This document shows, piece by piece, positions 7,970-15,676 of a stretch of DNA of 15,678 nucleotides. The notes beneath the pieces were generated by a model, which did not search any database, was not told the DNA's origin, and saw nothing but the letters and a program-made list of their open reading frames with translations. Where the stretch lies: NCBI GenBank assembly GCA_964426185.1, contig CAYRPF010000074.1:1-15678 (forward strand), read 5' to 3'. The DNA comes from an uncultured archaeon (lineage in GTDB: Archaea; Asgardarchaeota; Lokiarchaeia; Sigyniarchaeales; Promethearchaeaceae). Position numbers and translations under genes: made by a program. The first letter of the stretch is position 1; each line of letters begins with the position of its first letter.

Positions 7970-9046
7970 GTGTTAGAGAATATCTTTTTAATTTCGTTTA
8001 ATCACATCAATAAAGTCCAGACTGATTCTCTCACTCTTGCCTCTCCTCATTTAAAGTCGCATCACTCAATTTTTGCTTACCCCGATGATTTATTTCTTAA
8101 AACTTCCCCGAATTTGATAGATCAAATTATTTCCCAGCAAAAACATAATTTAGAGGTTTCTTTAGATAGAAAATCATTTACCGAAGATTTTCTATATTCA
8201 AATATCAAAGCCATTAAATCGGAAGACAAAAAATTCTTGGTTTCTCCACTTCCGTATCGCCATGTATTAGGATTAGTCTTTGATCTTGAAACTGATCCAT
8301 TCGATTATCGAAACGAACTAGTTAAACTCTTTCTTGATTATGTCTTAGAAAAATATTTTAACCGCCCCACCAAAAACAATAAAGATACACTTTTATTAAC
8401 TCTTTTTGTGGATCTCAGAAATTACAGCCATGAATCCAATCTTTTCAAAGATAACTTGAATGAACTCCACTTTTATCGGGGAGAACCATACATTAAGGTT
8501 TTTGTTTTCGGTATTGATAACGCAGGAAAAAGTTCTTTAATGAGATTACTGGCCACAGGAAAATTTGATGAAAATTTCTTTATTCCTACCAGAAAGTTCC
8601 GAATCACAAACATTACTTTAATAAATCGAATAAAACTTAGTTGCTGGGATATGCCGGGGCAAATTATATTTCGAGAAGATTGGTTACGAGGTGCTCAAGC
8701 AAGTAATATTTTGCTATTTGTATTAGACGTTGCTGATACCGATCGATATTCTGAAGCAAAAAAAACTTTTTGGAAAATGGTCAATCTCTATGATCTACAA
8801 CATTTGCCCGTGATATTCATAGTTAATAAAATCGATCTATTGGAAAATCCAATCGATAAAACAAAAATAGAGCAAATCTCACATTATTTTGGATTGTCAA
8901 AATTTGTAAGAAGAGACATCATAGTAATTTCCACCAGTTTACCAACTCGAACTGGAATTGATAAATTAAAAAGAGAAATTTCCAAAATTGCAACTCATCT
9001 ACTATTAGTAAACGGTGTTAAGGACCCCCTTTTTATGGCAGAATAA
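7970..9046 (+). CDS. Arf-like small GTPase (aa ~175-358) fused to a ~170-aa N-terminal domain (longin/uDENN-like, inferred)
   Basis: G1 GIDNAGKS, G2 FIPT, G3 WDMPGQ, R-x2-W in switch II, LFVLD, G4 NKID, G5 TSL-x3-TGI. GTG start with a GGGAG SD. Confidence 0.9.
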   Translation: MLENIFLISFNHINKVQTDSLTLASPHLKSHHSIFAYPDDLFLKTSPNLIDQIISQQKHNLEVSLDRKSFTEDFLYSNIKAIKSEDKKFLVSPLPYRHVLGLVFDLETDPFDYRNELVKLFLDYVLEKYFNRPTKNNKDTLLLTLFVDLRNYSHESNLFKDNLNELHFYRGEPYIKVFVFGIDNAGKSSLMRLLATGKFDENFFIPTRKFRITNITLINRIKLSCWDMPGQIIFREDWLRGAQASNILLFVLDVADTDRYSEAKKTFWKMVNLYDLQHLPVIFIVNKIDLLENPIDKTKIEQISHYFGLSKFVRRDIIVISTSLPTRTGIDKLKREISKIATHLLLVNGVKDPLFMAE

Positions 9047-9143
9047 TGTCATTAAAGAGTTTCTTTTTATAAGCCTAATATTTTAATAAATCCTGAAATT
9101 TATTTTCTTAATATATTATGAATAATTATTCATAAATTAATAT

Positions 9144-9168
9144 AGAGGTAAATTACAGAGGTAAATTA
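9144..9168 (+). repeat. 12-bp direct repeat AGAGGTAAATTA x2 (period 13) duplicating an SD-like GAGGT before the ferredoxin ATG
   Basis: Units at 9144-9155 and 9157-9168. Confidence 0.9.
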
Positions 9169-9172
9169 TTAT

Positions 9173-9337
9173 ATGTGGAAAATTGAAAAAAAATTCTGTC
9201 AAGGTTGCGGAATATGCGCCCTTCAATGCAATGGAATACAAATAATTAATGGATATGCAGAAATTGTAGAACAAGATTCATTGTGCATCGAACGAGCCGC
9301 TCGAGTTTGTCCGAGACACTTAATTCAAAGAATTTAA
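9173..9337 (+). CDS. 54-aa single-cluster [4Fe-4S] ferredoxin (not in the ORF track)
   Basis: Translated by hand: MWKIEKKFCQGCGICALQCNGIQIINGYAEIVEQDSLCIERAARVCPRHLIQRI*. It has CxxCxxCxxxC…C-x7-CP, an upstream SD and a downstream T-rich terminator. Confidence 0.88.
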   Translation: MWKIEKKFCQGCGICALQCNGIQIINGYAEIVEQDSLCIERAARVCPRHLIQRI

Positions 9338-9342
9338 AAATA

Positions 9343-9391
9343 TTCTTTTCCTTCTAATTCTTCTTTTTCTCCTCTTTTTAGTTCTTTTTTT
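9343..9391 (+). terminator. Long pyrimidine/oligo-T terminator of the ferredoxin gene
   Basis: TTCTTTTCCTTC…TTTTTCTCCTCTTTTTAGTTCTTTTTTT after the stop at 9337. Confidence 0.55.
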
Positions 9392-9396
9392 ATCAC

Positions 9397-10290
9397 TTAC
9401 GAAATTTGTTCTTCATCGGAATGATTACTTTTTGATTCTTCCGACTCAGAATTTTTCTTCTGTATATCAACATCTTTAAATTCACCCATTTTAGATTCAG
9501 ATGATTTAGGACTTTCTTCGCTTTTTTTGACTACATCCTTCTTTGATTCTTCCTTTTTAGGTGCTGGAGGTGGAGGAGAATGTTTCGATACAATAACCTT
9601 TGCGGGTTGAATAACTTGATCTTTAATCTTATATCCTTTTTGAATGACATTTACTACAGTATCTTCAGGTATATCATCATTAACAACTTTCATCATTACT
9701 TCATGCAAATTAAAATCAAAGGGAACTCCTGTCTTATCAATAGGCTCTACATGAAAGCTTCTGAAGATATTATTCAACATTTCATATAATTTCTTAAATC
9801 CTTGCATGAAATTATCAATTTTGCTTTCCACAGGGATATGTCCATTGGCTTTTTGATTTTGAGCAGTTTCAAAAGCTTTCTCAAATGAATCGATTAAAGG
9901 AGTAAAAGCCGTAATCGTATCTGCTCGGGTTTTTAATCGAATGACATCTTGTTGTTTGATGAAATATTTGCGTGTATTTTCCATTTCTGCTTGTAAATAT
10001 CGATATTTCGACTTTTGATCTTGAATTTGGGTATCTTTTTCTTTAAGTTGTTTCTTTAATTGTTCAATTTGTTCTTTAAGTCGTTCCGTTTCAGATTTTG
10101 GCTTTGGTTTCGATTTTTTTTCTGTGGTAAGATTAGATTTTCTTCCACTTTTTGCTTGTCCGTCTGATTTTTGAGTTTTAGTTTCGTTCTGAGGATTATT
10201 TTCTGGTTCTTTTATTGTTTTTTCATCTAAAGAATGTTTGTTTTCTGAATTTGATTCAGCTTCATTGACTATTTTACTTTCTGAGTTCAT
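9397..10290 (-). CDS. grpE: Nucleotide exchange factor GrpE with long charged N- and C-terminal extensions
   Basis: Coiled coil followed by YLQAEMENTRK, FDFNLHEVM and QKGYKIKDQVIQPAKVIV motifs. I prefer the ATG at 10290 (GGAG 6 nt upstream) over the TTG at 10344 given in the track. Confidence 0.92.
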   Translation of the reverse strand: MNSESKIVNEAESNSENKHSLDEKTIKEPENNPQNETKTQKSDGQAKSGRKSNLTTEKKSKPKPKSETERLKEQIEQLKKQLKEKDTQIQDQKSKYRYLQAEMENTRKYFIKQQDVIRLKTRADTITAFTPLIDSFEKAFETAQNQKANGHIPVESKIDNFMQGFKKLYEMLNNIFRSFHVEPIDKTGVPFDFNLHEVMMKVVNDDIPEDTVVNVIQKGYKIKDQVIQPAKVIVSKHSPPPPAPKKEESKKDVVKKSEESPKSSESKMGEFKDVDIQKKNSESEESKSNHSDEEQIS

Positions 10291-10375
10291 ATCCATCTCC
10301 TGTCTGATATTTTTTAAATTTATGGAATTCGATTTTTCTTTCAAAATATTTCTCTAATATATAACAATGGGGGAT

Positions 10376-10386
10376 AATATTTAAAG
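10376..10386 (-). promoter_or_regulatory. Putative TATA box for grpE (CTTTAAATATT)
   Basis: TTTAAATA core. The identical 11-mer occurs upstream of hsp20 at 11580-11590. Confidence 0.5.
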
Positions 10387-10400
10387 AGCCATCACATCAT

Positions 10401-11006
10401 TTACAATTTACGTATACGAATTCTACGTTTTCTTTGCAATCGCAGAGATTTCTTAAAGGTAATCTCTAAAATATTATCTTCGGCATGGAATTGAGCTCGA
10501 CCAGATTTAGGACTGATAGTTGTATTCAGCTTGATTTTCCGGTAATAATCTCCAGACGTAACTTCTAATATATAGGGGGACGCCTTTAATTGAATTTCTT
10601 CGCCACTTTCTTGTTCAGGAATTTCTAAGATTACTTTAAGATGTAATTCATCTTCGTAGAAATCCAAAAACTGCTTTATCTGCCGCCTTTTAATTTCTTT
10701 TTGTTTTGATACAAAATGTGCCAACGCATTGTGAAATTCATTGAGGGTATCTTCATCATGCTCTTCATCTAATAAGATAGGTTTAGATTTTACTGAATCC
10801 CATCGAAATTGAAAAGATTTTCCATTAAATGGATTGGTAAATTGAAATATTGGATCTTCTCCATCTTCATCACGGACAGGCTCAAAATAATAGTCCCTCA
10901 TCCGTTTCACGATTTCCTCATCACTCAACAGTTTATTGAGTTTTTTGGTGATCCGATACGTCAATTCTTTTTTAGTAGACTTTGTTTCTTCAGGATTAGC
11001 CGTCAT
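10401..11006 (-). CDS. Divergent Hsp20/alpha-crystallin family protein with a long N-terminal region and a basic C-terminal tail
   Basis: C-terminal LDFYEDELHLKVILEIP…YYRKIKL…AQFHAEDNILEITFKK pattern, an IxI motif (IRI), and position next to hsp20 and grpE. Confidence 0.75.
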   Translation of the reverse strand: MTANPEETKSTKKELTYRITKKLNKLLSDEEIVKRMRDYYFEPVRDEDGEDPIFQFTNPFNGKSFQFRWDSVKSKPILLDEEHDEDTLNEFHNALAHFVSKQKEIKRRQIKQFLDFYEDELHLKVILEIPEQESGEEIQLKASPYILEVTSGDYYRKIKLNTTISPKSGRAQFHAEDNILEITFKKSLRLQRKRRIRIRKL

Positions 11007-11112
11007 TTTCTCAGCATTTAGTTACATTAAATTTTTACAAAAAATGGATAAAACAAAGATTTAGCGTGGTGTAGATCACAGATTTGAGGGTTAAAAATTT
11101 TTTTACTACTTT

Positions 11113-11484
11113 TTAATCTACTAACGGAATAATTATATCTAAAATTCCATTATTGAAATGAGCAGTGGCGGAATCAATGTCCACATCTTTCGGCAATTTA
11201 ATACGCTGACTTTTCAAATTTACTTTAATCTCCAATTCATTTGATGAAATTGCAAACAGATCAACAGCTTCTTTCTGAACACATGGTAAACTAACAGCAA
11301 CCTCAATCTGATTGGGTTCTTCAAAGATATCAACAAACCATTCTTCTTGTTCTTCTTCTTGTTCATTCCCTGGATTATCAATTTTAAGGGAATCTGTTTC
11401 TTCGTTAAACATTTCATCGAATGTGTCGAAAATCTGATGCAATAAATCCCAAAAATCAAAAGGGTCGTCATGTCTAGTCGTCAT
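11113..11484 (-). CDS. Small heat shock protein, Hsp20/alpha-crystallin family
   Basis: VDIFEEPNQIEVAVSLPCVQKE…RIKLPKDVD…ATAHFNNGILDIIIP, preceded by a DPFDFW N-terminus and an SD-like GGAAGTGA. Confidence 0.9.
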   Translation of the reverse strand: MTTRHDDPFDFWDLLHQIFDTFDEMFNEETDSLKIDNPGNEQEEEQEEWFVDIFEEPNQIEVAVSLPCVQKEAVDLFAISSNELEIKVNLKSQRIKLPKDVDIDSATAHFNNGILDIIIPLVD

Positions 11485-11528
11485 GCTCTCACTTCCTTAT
11501 TATATACTAATTTGAAATTTTATTCTTG

Positions 11529-11564
11529 CTTCGAAACTTCCTTCGAAACTTTAATAGTTACTAT
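11529..11564. promoter_or_regulatory. Candidate operator of the hsp20 cluster: CTTCGAAACTT x2 (period 12) plus palindrome ATAGT-T-ACTAT
   Basis: Repeats at 11529-11539 and 11541-11551, palindrome at 11554-11564, all just downstream of the minus-strand TATA. Confidence 0.55.
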
Positions 11565-11579
11565 AATTAAGAAAAACAA

Positions 11580-11590
11580 AATATTTAAAG
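11580..11590 (-). promoter_or_regulatory. Putative TATA box for hsp20 (CTTTAAATATT)
   Basis: Archaeal TTTAAATA consensus with an A-rich BRE-like segment upstream on the minus strand. Confidence 0.55.
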
Positions 11591-11760
11591 TTTGTTAACA
11601 TTTTGTTGTCTTTACTAATAAAAATATTAGATTTCGATCATTTTCTTGGAAATATTCCAAAAAAATTCATAATCTTTTTAGCATCGATTGAAACTAATAA
11701 TATTAATAATAATAACAATAACCACAATATCGGATTGTTTTTAGACTGGTGTCGTTCAGA

Positions 11761-12420
11761 ATGCCCTCAAAGAAAAAAATTGATGATTTAGATATTCAAA
11801 TCTTGAAATATTTGCAAAATGATGCAAGAAGAAGCTTGAAAAAACTCGCAGATAAATTGAAGAAAAAAACCAGCACTATTTATCACCGGCTCCAGCGCTT
11901 AAAATCTAATGATGTTATTCTCGGTTACTCCATTATAATGAACCCGGGATACTTGGACATCCATAAAATTGGAATACATACTATCAAGATAAAACCATTA
12001 AATATATCTTCGCTTGATGCGACTTTTCTTTCTAGTTTTGCAAATTTTATCAAAACAGAATTTTCTGAAGTCCTGTTTATTGGGATCTCTGAAGATTCAC
12101 AAGCGATCCATCTTATTTCCTTTCATTCTTCAGATAAGGCATTAAATGAATTTTTGACCAAATTAAAGGAAAATCCCTATATTGCCAACATCGAATCTCA
12201 ATATATAAGCGAGATTGTAAAAGGCCAGAAGCTTTTTTCTTTTAATGAACACTGGATGAAAGCTTCAGTGCGCCACCGAAAAGTGAAAAGGGAATCTAAT
12301 CAAGATGAAAGTCAGGTAATGGAAATAAATCTGGATGATGAATTTCAAGATGATGAAGATATAGAGGAAACCGATGAAGAGCAGAACAATGAAGATTTCG
12401 ATGAAGAGATCCGATTTTAA
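11761..12420 (+). CDS. Lrp/AsnC-family winged-helix transcriptional regulator with an acidic C-terminal tail
   Basis: DDLDIQILKYLQNDARRSLKKLA…TIYHRLQRLKSNDVILGY is the AsnC HTH. A divergent RAM-like domain follows. I prefer the ATG at 11761 over the GTG at 11749. Confidence 0.9.
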   Translation: MPSKKKIDDLDIQILKYLQNDARRSLKKLADKLKKKTSTIYHRLQRLKSNDVILGYSIIMNPGYLDIHKIGIHTIKIKPLNISSLDATFLSSFANFIKTEFSEVLFIGISEDSQAIHLISFHSSDKALNEFLTKLKENPYIANIESQYISEIVKGQKLFSFNEHWMKASVRHRKVKRESNQDESQVMEINLDDEFQDDEDIEETDEEQNNEDFDEEIRF

Positions 12421-12611
12421 AAAAAGAAAAAATAGAAAATATCTTAATGCCGATAGCATATACTGTTGTTATTAGCTTTGAATCGGTATTATATTTCACC
12501 AAGCGGGATATTCCAGTTTAACAAAACCATCATCTACTTTGGATACCGATTTCTCAATATTCAAATAAGTTCATCTATTACATATTTCAATAATAGGATA
12601 TTTACTCAGAA

Positions 12612-13865
12612 ATGACTTTAAAAAAATTTGTCATGGAAAGAAATCAAAACAAACCGGGAAAAATTGAGAAACGAGTCCTTTTCTATAGTTTTCTTATCTT
12701 TTTATCCATCTTTGCTAACACAATTTTGACTTCGAATAAGTCAGAATTTTTTAATGCCCTTTTTGCATCTGTCGCTGATCCTTTAACCGATGATCAAGTT
12801 AAAATAATGGTATCACTATTTGATTCGATCTATTATGCCTCATTTCTGATCGGAATTGTAATCGGGATTGTTTCTGATTCCAGTGGAAAACGGAAAATTT
12901 TGATCATCATCGGATCTGCTGGGTGTTCGGTGCTATTCGTTTGTATGACAATTTCTCCGACCTTTCTGATTTTGGTCATTTTACGTTTCATACAAGGGTC
13001 GTTTCATGTCGGGGTTTGGCAAACCTTAATGGTTCTTATTCTAGATGAATCCGATAGCTCGAACCGTGCAAAACATATGGGCTTGTTTACGATGTTTTTG
13101 GGGATGGCGATGGGATTAGGAACAATGATAAGCGGGTTTATTGCGCAAGTCCATGTATTTTTACCTTATTACATTGCAGGAGGATTCTATCTTATTATTA
13201 TTATCTTATCATTAATTTTTATTCATGATCCTAACCATATCAAAACTCGAATTTCTATTTCTGAAAGTGTACAGCTGTTGAAAAAAGAACCAGGCATAAT
13301 AATTCCATGCATCTTCAATTTTGTTGATAGGTTACACATGGGCTTTTTAGTGACTATTGTACCCCTCTTTCTCACACAAGTTTTCCCATTACGGGAAGGA
13401 TTACGGGGGATGATTTTAGGACTTGGGGCATTACCACAACTGATTGTAGCCTATCCGGTTGGCAAAAAGTGCGATTCTTCATGGGGCTTGAATAAACCAT
13501 TGATTATTGGATCCTTAAGCTATGGACTTATACTTAGTGTCACCGGAGTGTTGGGTAGTCTTAATCTTGGATTATTTATTGCTTTGCTTATATTGGGAGG
13601 TGTGTCTATGGGTTTTACTACACCGCCTACGAATGCTTTACTGGGTGAATTTGTCGATCCTGAACATAATGGAATGGCAACCGCTGTTTTTAATTTATTC
13701 GGGAATTTAGGGATTGTACTGGGACCCTTAGTCGGAGGATTATTGGCTCTGTTTTCTTATCAACTTTCATTTTTCGTTGCAGGTATGATCGAATTAAGCA
13801 CCCTTGTTTTAAATGTTATGCTTATAAAATCACACCCTGCATACACACACCAACCCAAGTTTTAA
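12612..13865 (+). CDS. MFS transporter (MFS_1, DHA1-like)
   Basis: Motif A GIVSDSSGKRK, LRFIQG, about 12 TM segments, GIVLGPLVGG. The start may be the ATG at 12633. Confidence 0.92.
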   Translation: MTLKKFVMERNQNKPGKIEKRVLFYSFLIFLSIFANTILTSNKSEFFNALFASVADPLTDDQVKIMVSLFDSIYYASFLIGIVIGIVSDSSGKRKILIIIGSAGCSVLFVCMTISPTFLILVILRFIQGSFHVGVWQTLMVLILDESDSSNRAKHMGLFTMFLGMAMGLGTMISGFIAQVHVFLPYYIAGGFYLIIIILSLIFIHDPNHIKTRISISESVQLLKKEPGIIIPCIFNFVDRLHMGFLVTIVPLFLTQVFPLREGLRGMILGLGALPQLIVAYPVGKKCDSSWGLNKPLIIGSLSYGLILSVTGVLGSLNLGLFIALLILGGVSMGFTTPPTNALLGEFVDPEHNGMATAVFNLFGNLGIVLGPLVGGLLALFSYQLSFFVAGMIELSTLVLNVMLIKSHPAYTHQPKF

Positions 13866-13967
13866 CTCACTTGGTATTCTGGTCAAGTATCTGGATTGAA
13901 TACATGGTTCATATTATAAATTGCATCAATAACTCCTATGGAGAAATTGAGTTGATAATACTATTTA

Positions 13968-13997
13968 AGAAAGAAGGAAGGAAAGTAAGTAAAAAAA
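13968..13997 (-). terminator. Oligo-T terminator of the GPH-family transporter
   Basis: Pyrimidine/T runs on the minus strand downstream of the stop at 14023. Confidence 0.4.
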
Positions 13998-14022
13998 TTT
14001 GAAGTTATATACATATTTTTGA

Positions 14023-15516
14023 TTACAATAGTTGAGATTCTCGATGACGGCGTTTAATTAACTCCTTTTGCACGTTTCTCCACCTCTCTCCGTGGAGCGG
14101 AAAAATAACTAAAAGAACTATTACAAGCACAATACCTGTGATATTGGCAATACTCATTAATATTCTTAAGCCAAGTTGAAGATTTCCGATATTTTCTCCT
14201 TCTTGCACACCAAGCACATAATCATTCCAGCCATAACCGGAAAGAACTAACATAATAACTAACACAACTAAAATGGTGGAATATCGATTAATCAGCGAAT
14301 TCACACCATAATATGTCCCTTGCCTGCGTTTGCCAGTTTTTACTTCATCTTCATCAATGACTCGACCAATTAGGATATCAACATAATACATTGCTCCTGA
14401 AAGACCGATTCCGACTAATGCCATAGTAATAATGGCAGCATTTTGGCTCGATTCATTGAAAAACCAGAATGGAATAAGTGAAAGGATCCAAATTGTGTTG
14501 CTGATGATAAAACCAATGCGCATATCAAATTTTTTACCCATCCACTCCATTAAAGGAAATGTAGCAGCTGCAACAAGTAGTGCCACTAACAACATCAATG
14601 TAAGAGTGAAATCTCCTTTTTCAATGCCTAGAACCCAAATTCCATAAAGTGAAATTATTGCAGTAAGTAGCTTAAACACAAACCAATTTAACATATTTGC
14701 GGTAATAAAAATCAAAAAGGCCTTATTTTTGACAGTTTCCTTTAATGAAGCCCATATTCCAGGCATTTCTTCGGGTTTTGTTAATTCGGCGGGATCTTCC
14801 TTCATTCCAATCTTGAAAAATAAGAAACCCATGATTAAAGTAATTACGGCAATCAAACCTGCAACCCACATATAATTTAATGGTATATTTTGAACAATTT
14901 CCGCAGGTGTTTCATTATCAGGAGCCATAGGATTGATTAAAAAGGAAGGCAAAGCAAACCCAATTAATATCCCAATAATAGTCATTGTATTTTTTATACG
15001 ATTTGCACGACCGCGCTCGCGTTCGGATCTAAACATTTCTGGAAAAAGAGCAGTTTGATTAGCTGAAAACATTGTATAAAAAAGATCATATAAACAAATG
15101 ATGATTACCATGTAAGCTGTGTTCCATCCATCCGATTCAATAGGAATTGGCCAGAAACGTGGCGGGAAAAAGAGAAGAAAATTCATTAAAGCAAATGGGA
15201 CAAGACTTAGTAGTACCCAAAAACGACGACGACCAAATTTTGATTGTGTTCGGTCTGAGAGCGTGCCGATAATCGGATCATTGATACTGTCCCATATAGC
15301 AAAAAGAATATAGCTCGGCGCCAGCCAATATAGATCGATTCCCACTACTGCATAATAGAAAGTAAACGCGGCAAATTGGAAAAATTGATGGCTCATCTGA
15401 TCTGTGAGCGCCCCAAAGCCGAAACTCATTGTGGTTGATGTAGAATGGGAATATTCATTAAATTTTTTCTCATAAGTACTAAGTGAGGTTTCTGATTTGA
15501 TTTCTTTTGATGACAT
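14023..15516 (-). CDS. MFS transporter, glycoside-pentoside-hexuronide (MelB/MFS_2) cation symporter family
   Basis: WDSINDPIIGTLSDRTQSKFGRRR, ALFPEM-x5-ER and IDEDEVKTGKRRQGTYYG motifs. Confidence 0.93.
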   Translation of the reverse strand: MSSKEIKSETSLSTYEKKFNEYSHSTSTTMSFGFGALTDQMSHQFFQFAAFTFYYAVVGIDLYWLAPSYILFAIWDSINDPIIGTLSDRTQSKFGRRRFWVLLSLVPFALMNFLLFFPPRFWPIPIESDGWNTAYMVIIICLYDLFYTMFSANQTALFPEMFRSERERGRANRIKNTMTIIGILIGFALPSFLINPMAPDNETPAEIVQNIPLNYMWVAGLIAVITLIMGFLFFKIGMKEDPAELTKPEEMPGIWASLKETVKNKAFLIFITANMLNWFVFKLLTAIISLYGIWVLGIEKGDFTLTLMLLVALLVAAATFPLMEWMGKKFDMRIGFIISNTIWILSLIPFWFFNESSQNAAIITMALVGIGLSGAMYYVDILIGRVIDEDEVKTGKRRQGTYYGVNSLINRYSTILVVLVIMLVLSGYGWNDYVLGVQEGENIGNLQLGLRILMSIANITGIVLVIVLLVIFPLHGERWRNVQKELIKRRHRESQLL

Positions 15517-15607
15517 TGCATATTTCCCCGAATTAATAAATTTAAAACATTTATATAATATTTATTTAATTAAATATCTCCTTAAGTGAATTTAAATTTT
15601 CATGATT

Positions 15608-15676
15608 TCATTCCAAATCAGAGACTTCACCCAATATTTCAAGAAGAATAGTTTCAAATTCTTGCCCGGTTATAGG
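15608..15676 (-). CDS. Possible 3' end of a gene entering from the right edge (…PITGQEFETILLEILGEVSDLE*)
   Basis: Open minus-strand frame from the window edge to the TGA at 15610-15608, with an amphipathic-helix-like sequence. Confidence 0.35.
   Translation of the reverse strand, partial: PITGQEFETILLEILGEVSDLE

Noticed and set aside
10401-11484. Gas vesicle GvpH assignment for the Hsp20-like genes
   Set aside because: No gvpA or other gvp genes are nearby, and the grpE context favours a chaperone role.
11603-11791. 62-aa ORF with poly-Asn and the (AAT/AAC)n tract at about 11695-11728
   Set aside because: TTG start and low-complexity AT-rich promoter DNA overlapping the regulator start. 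The (AAT)n tract near 4919 is likewise a simple microsatellite.
9580-15313. Remaining short ORFs (9580, 10809, 11220, 12265, 12296, 13522, 14432, 15119)
   Set aside because: Shadows of grpE, hsp20, the regulator and the MFS genes.
15563-15576. Palindrome TATTTAATTAAATA upstream of the GPH transporter
   Set aside because: Entirely A/T within a very AT-rich promoter, so plausible by chance.
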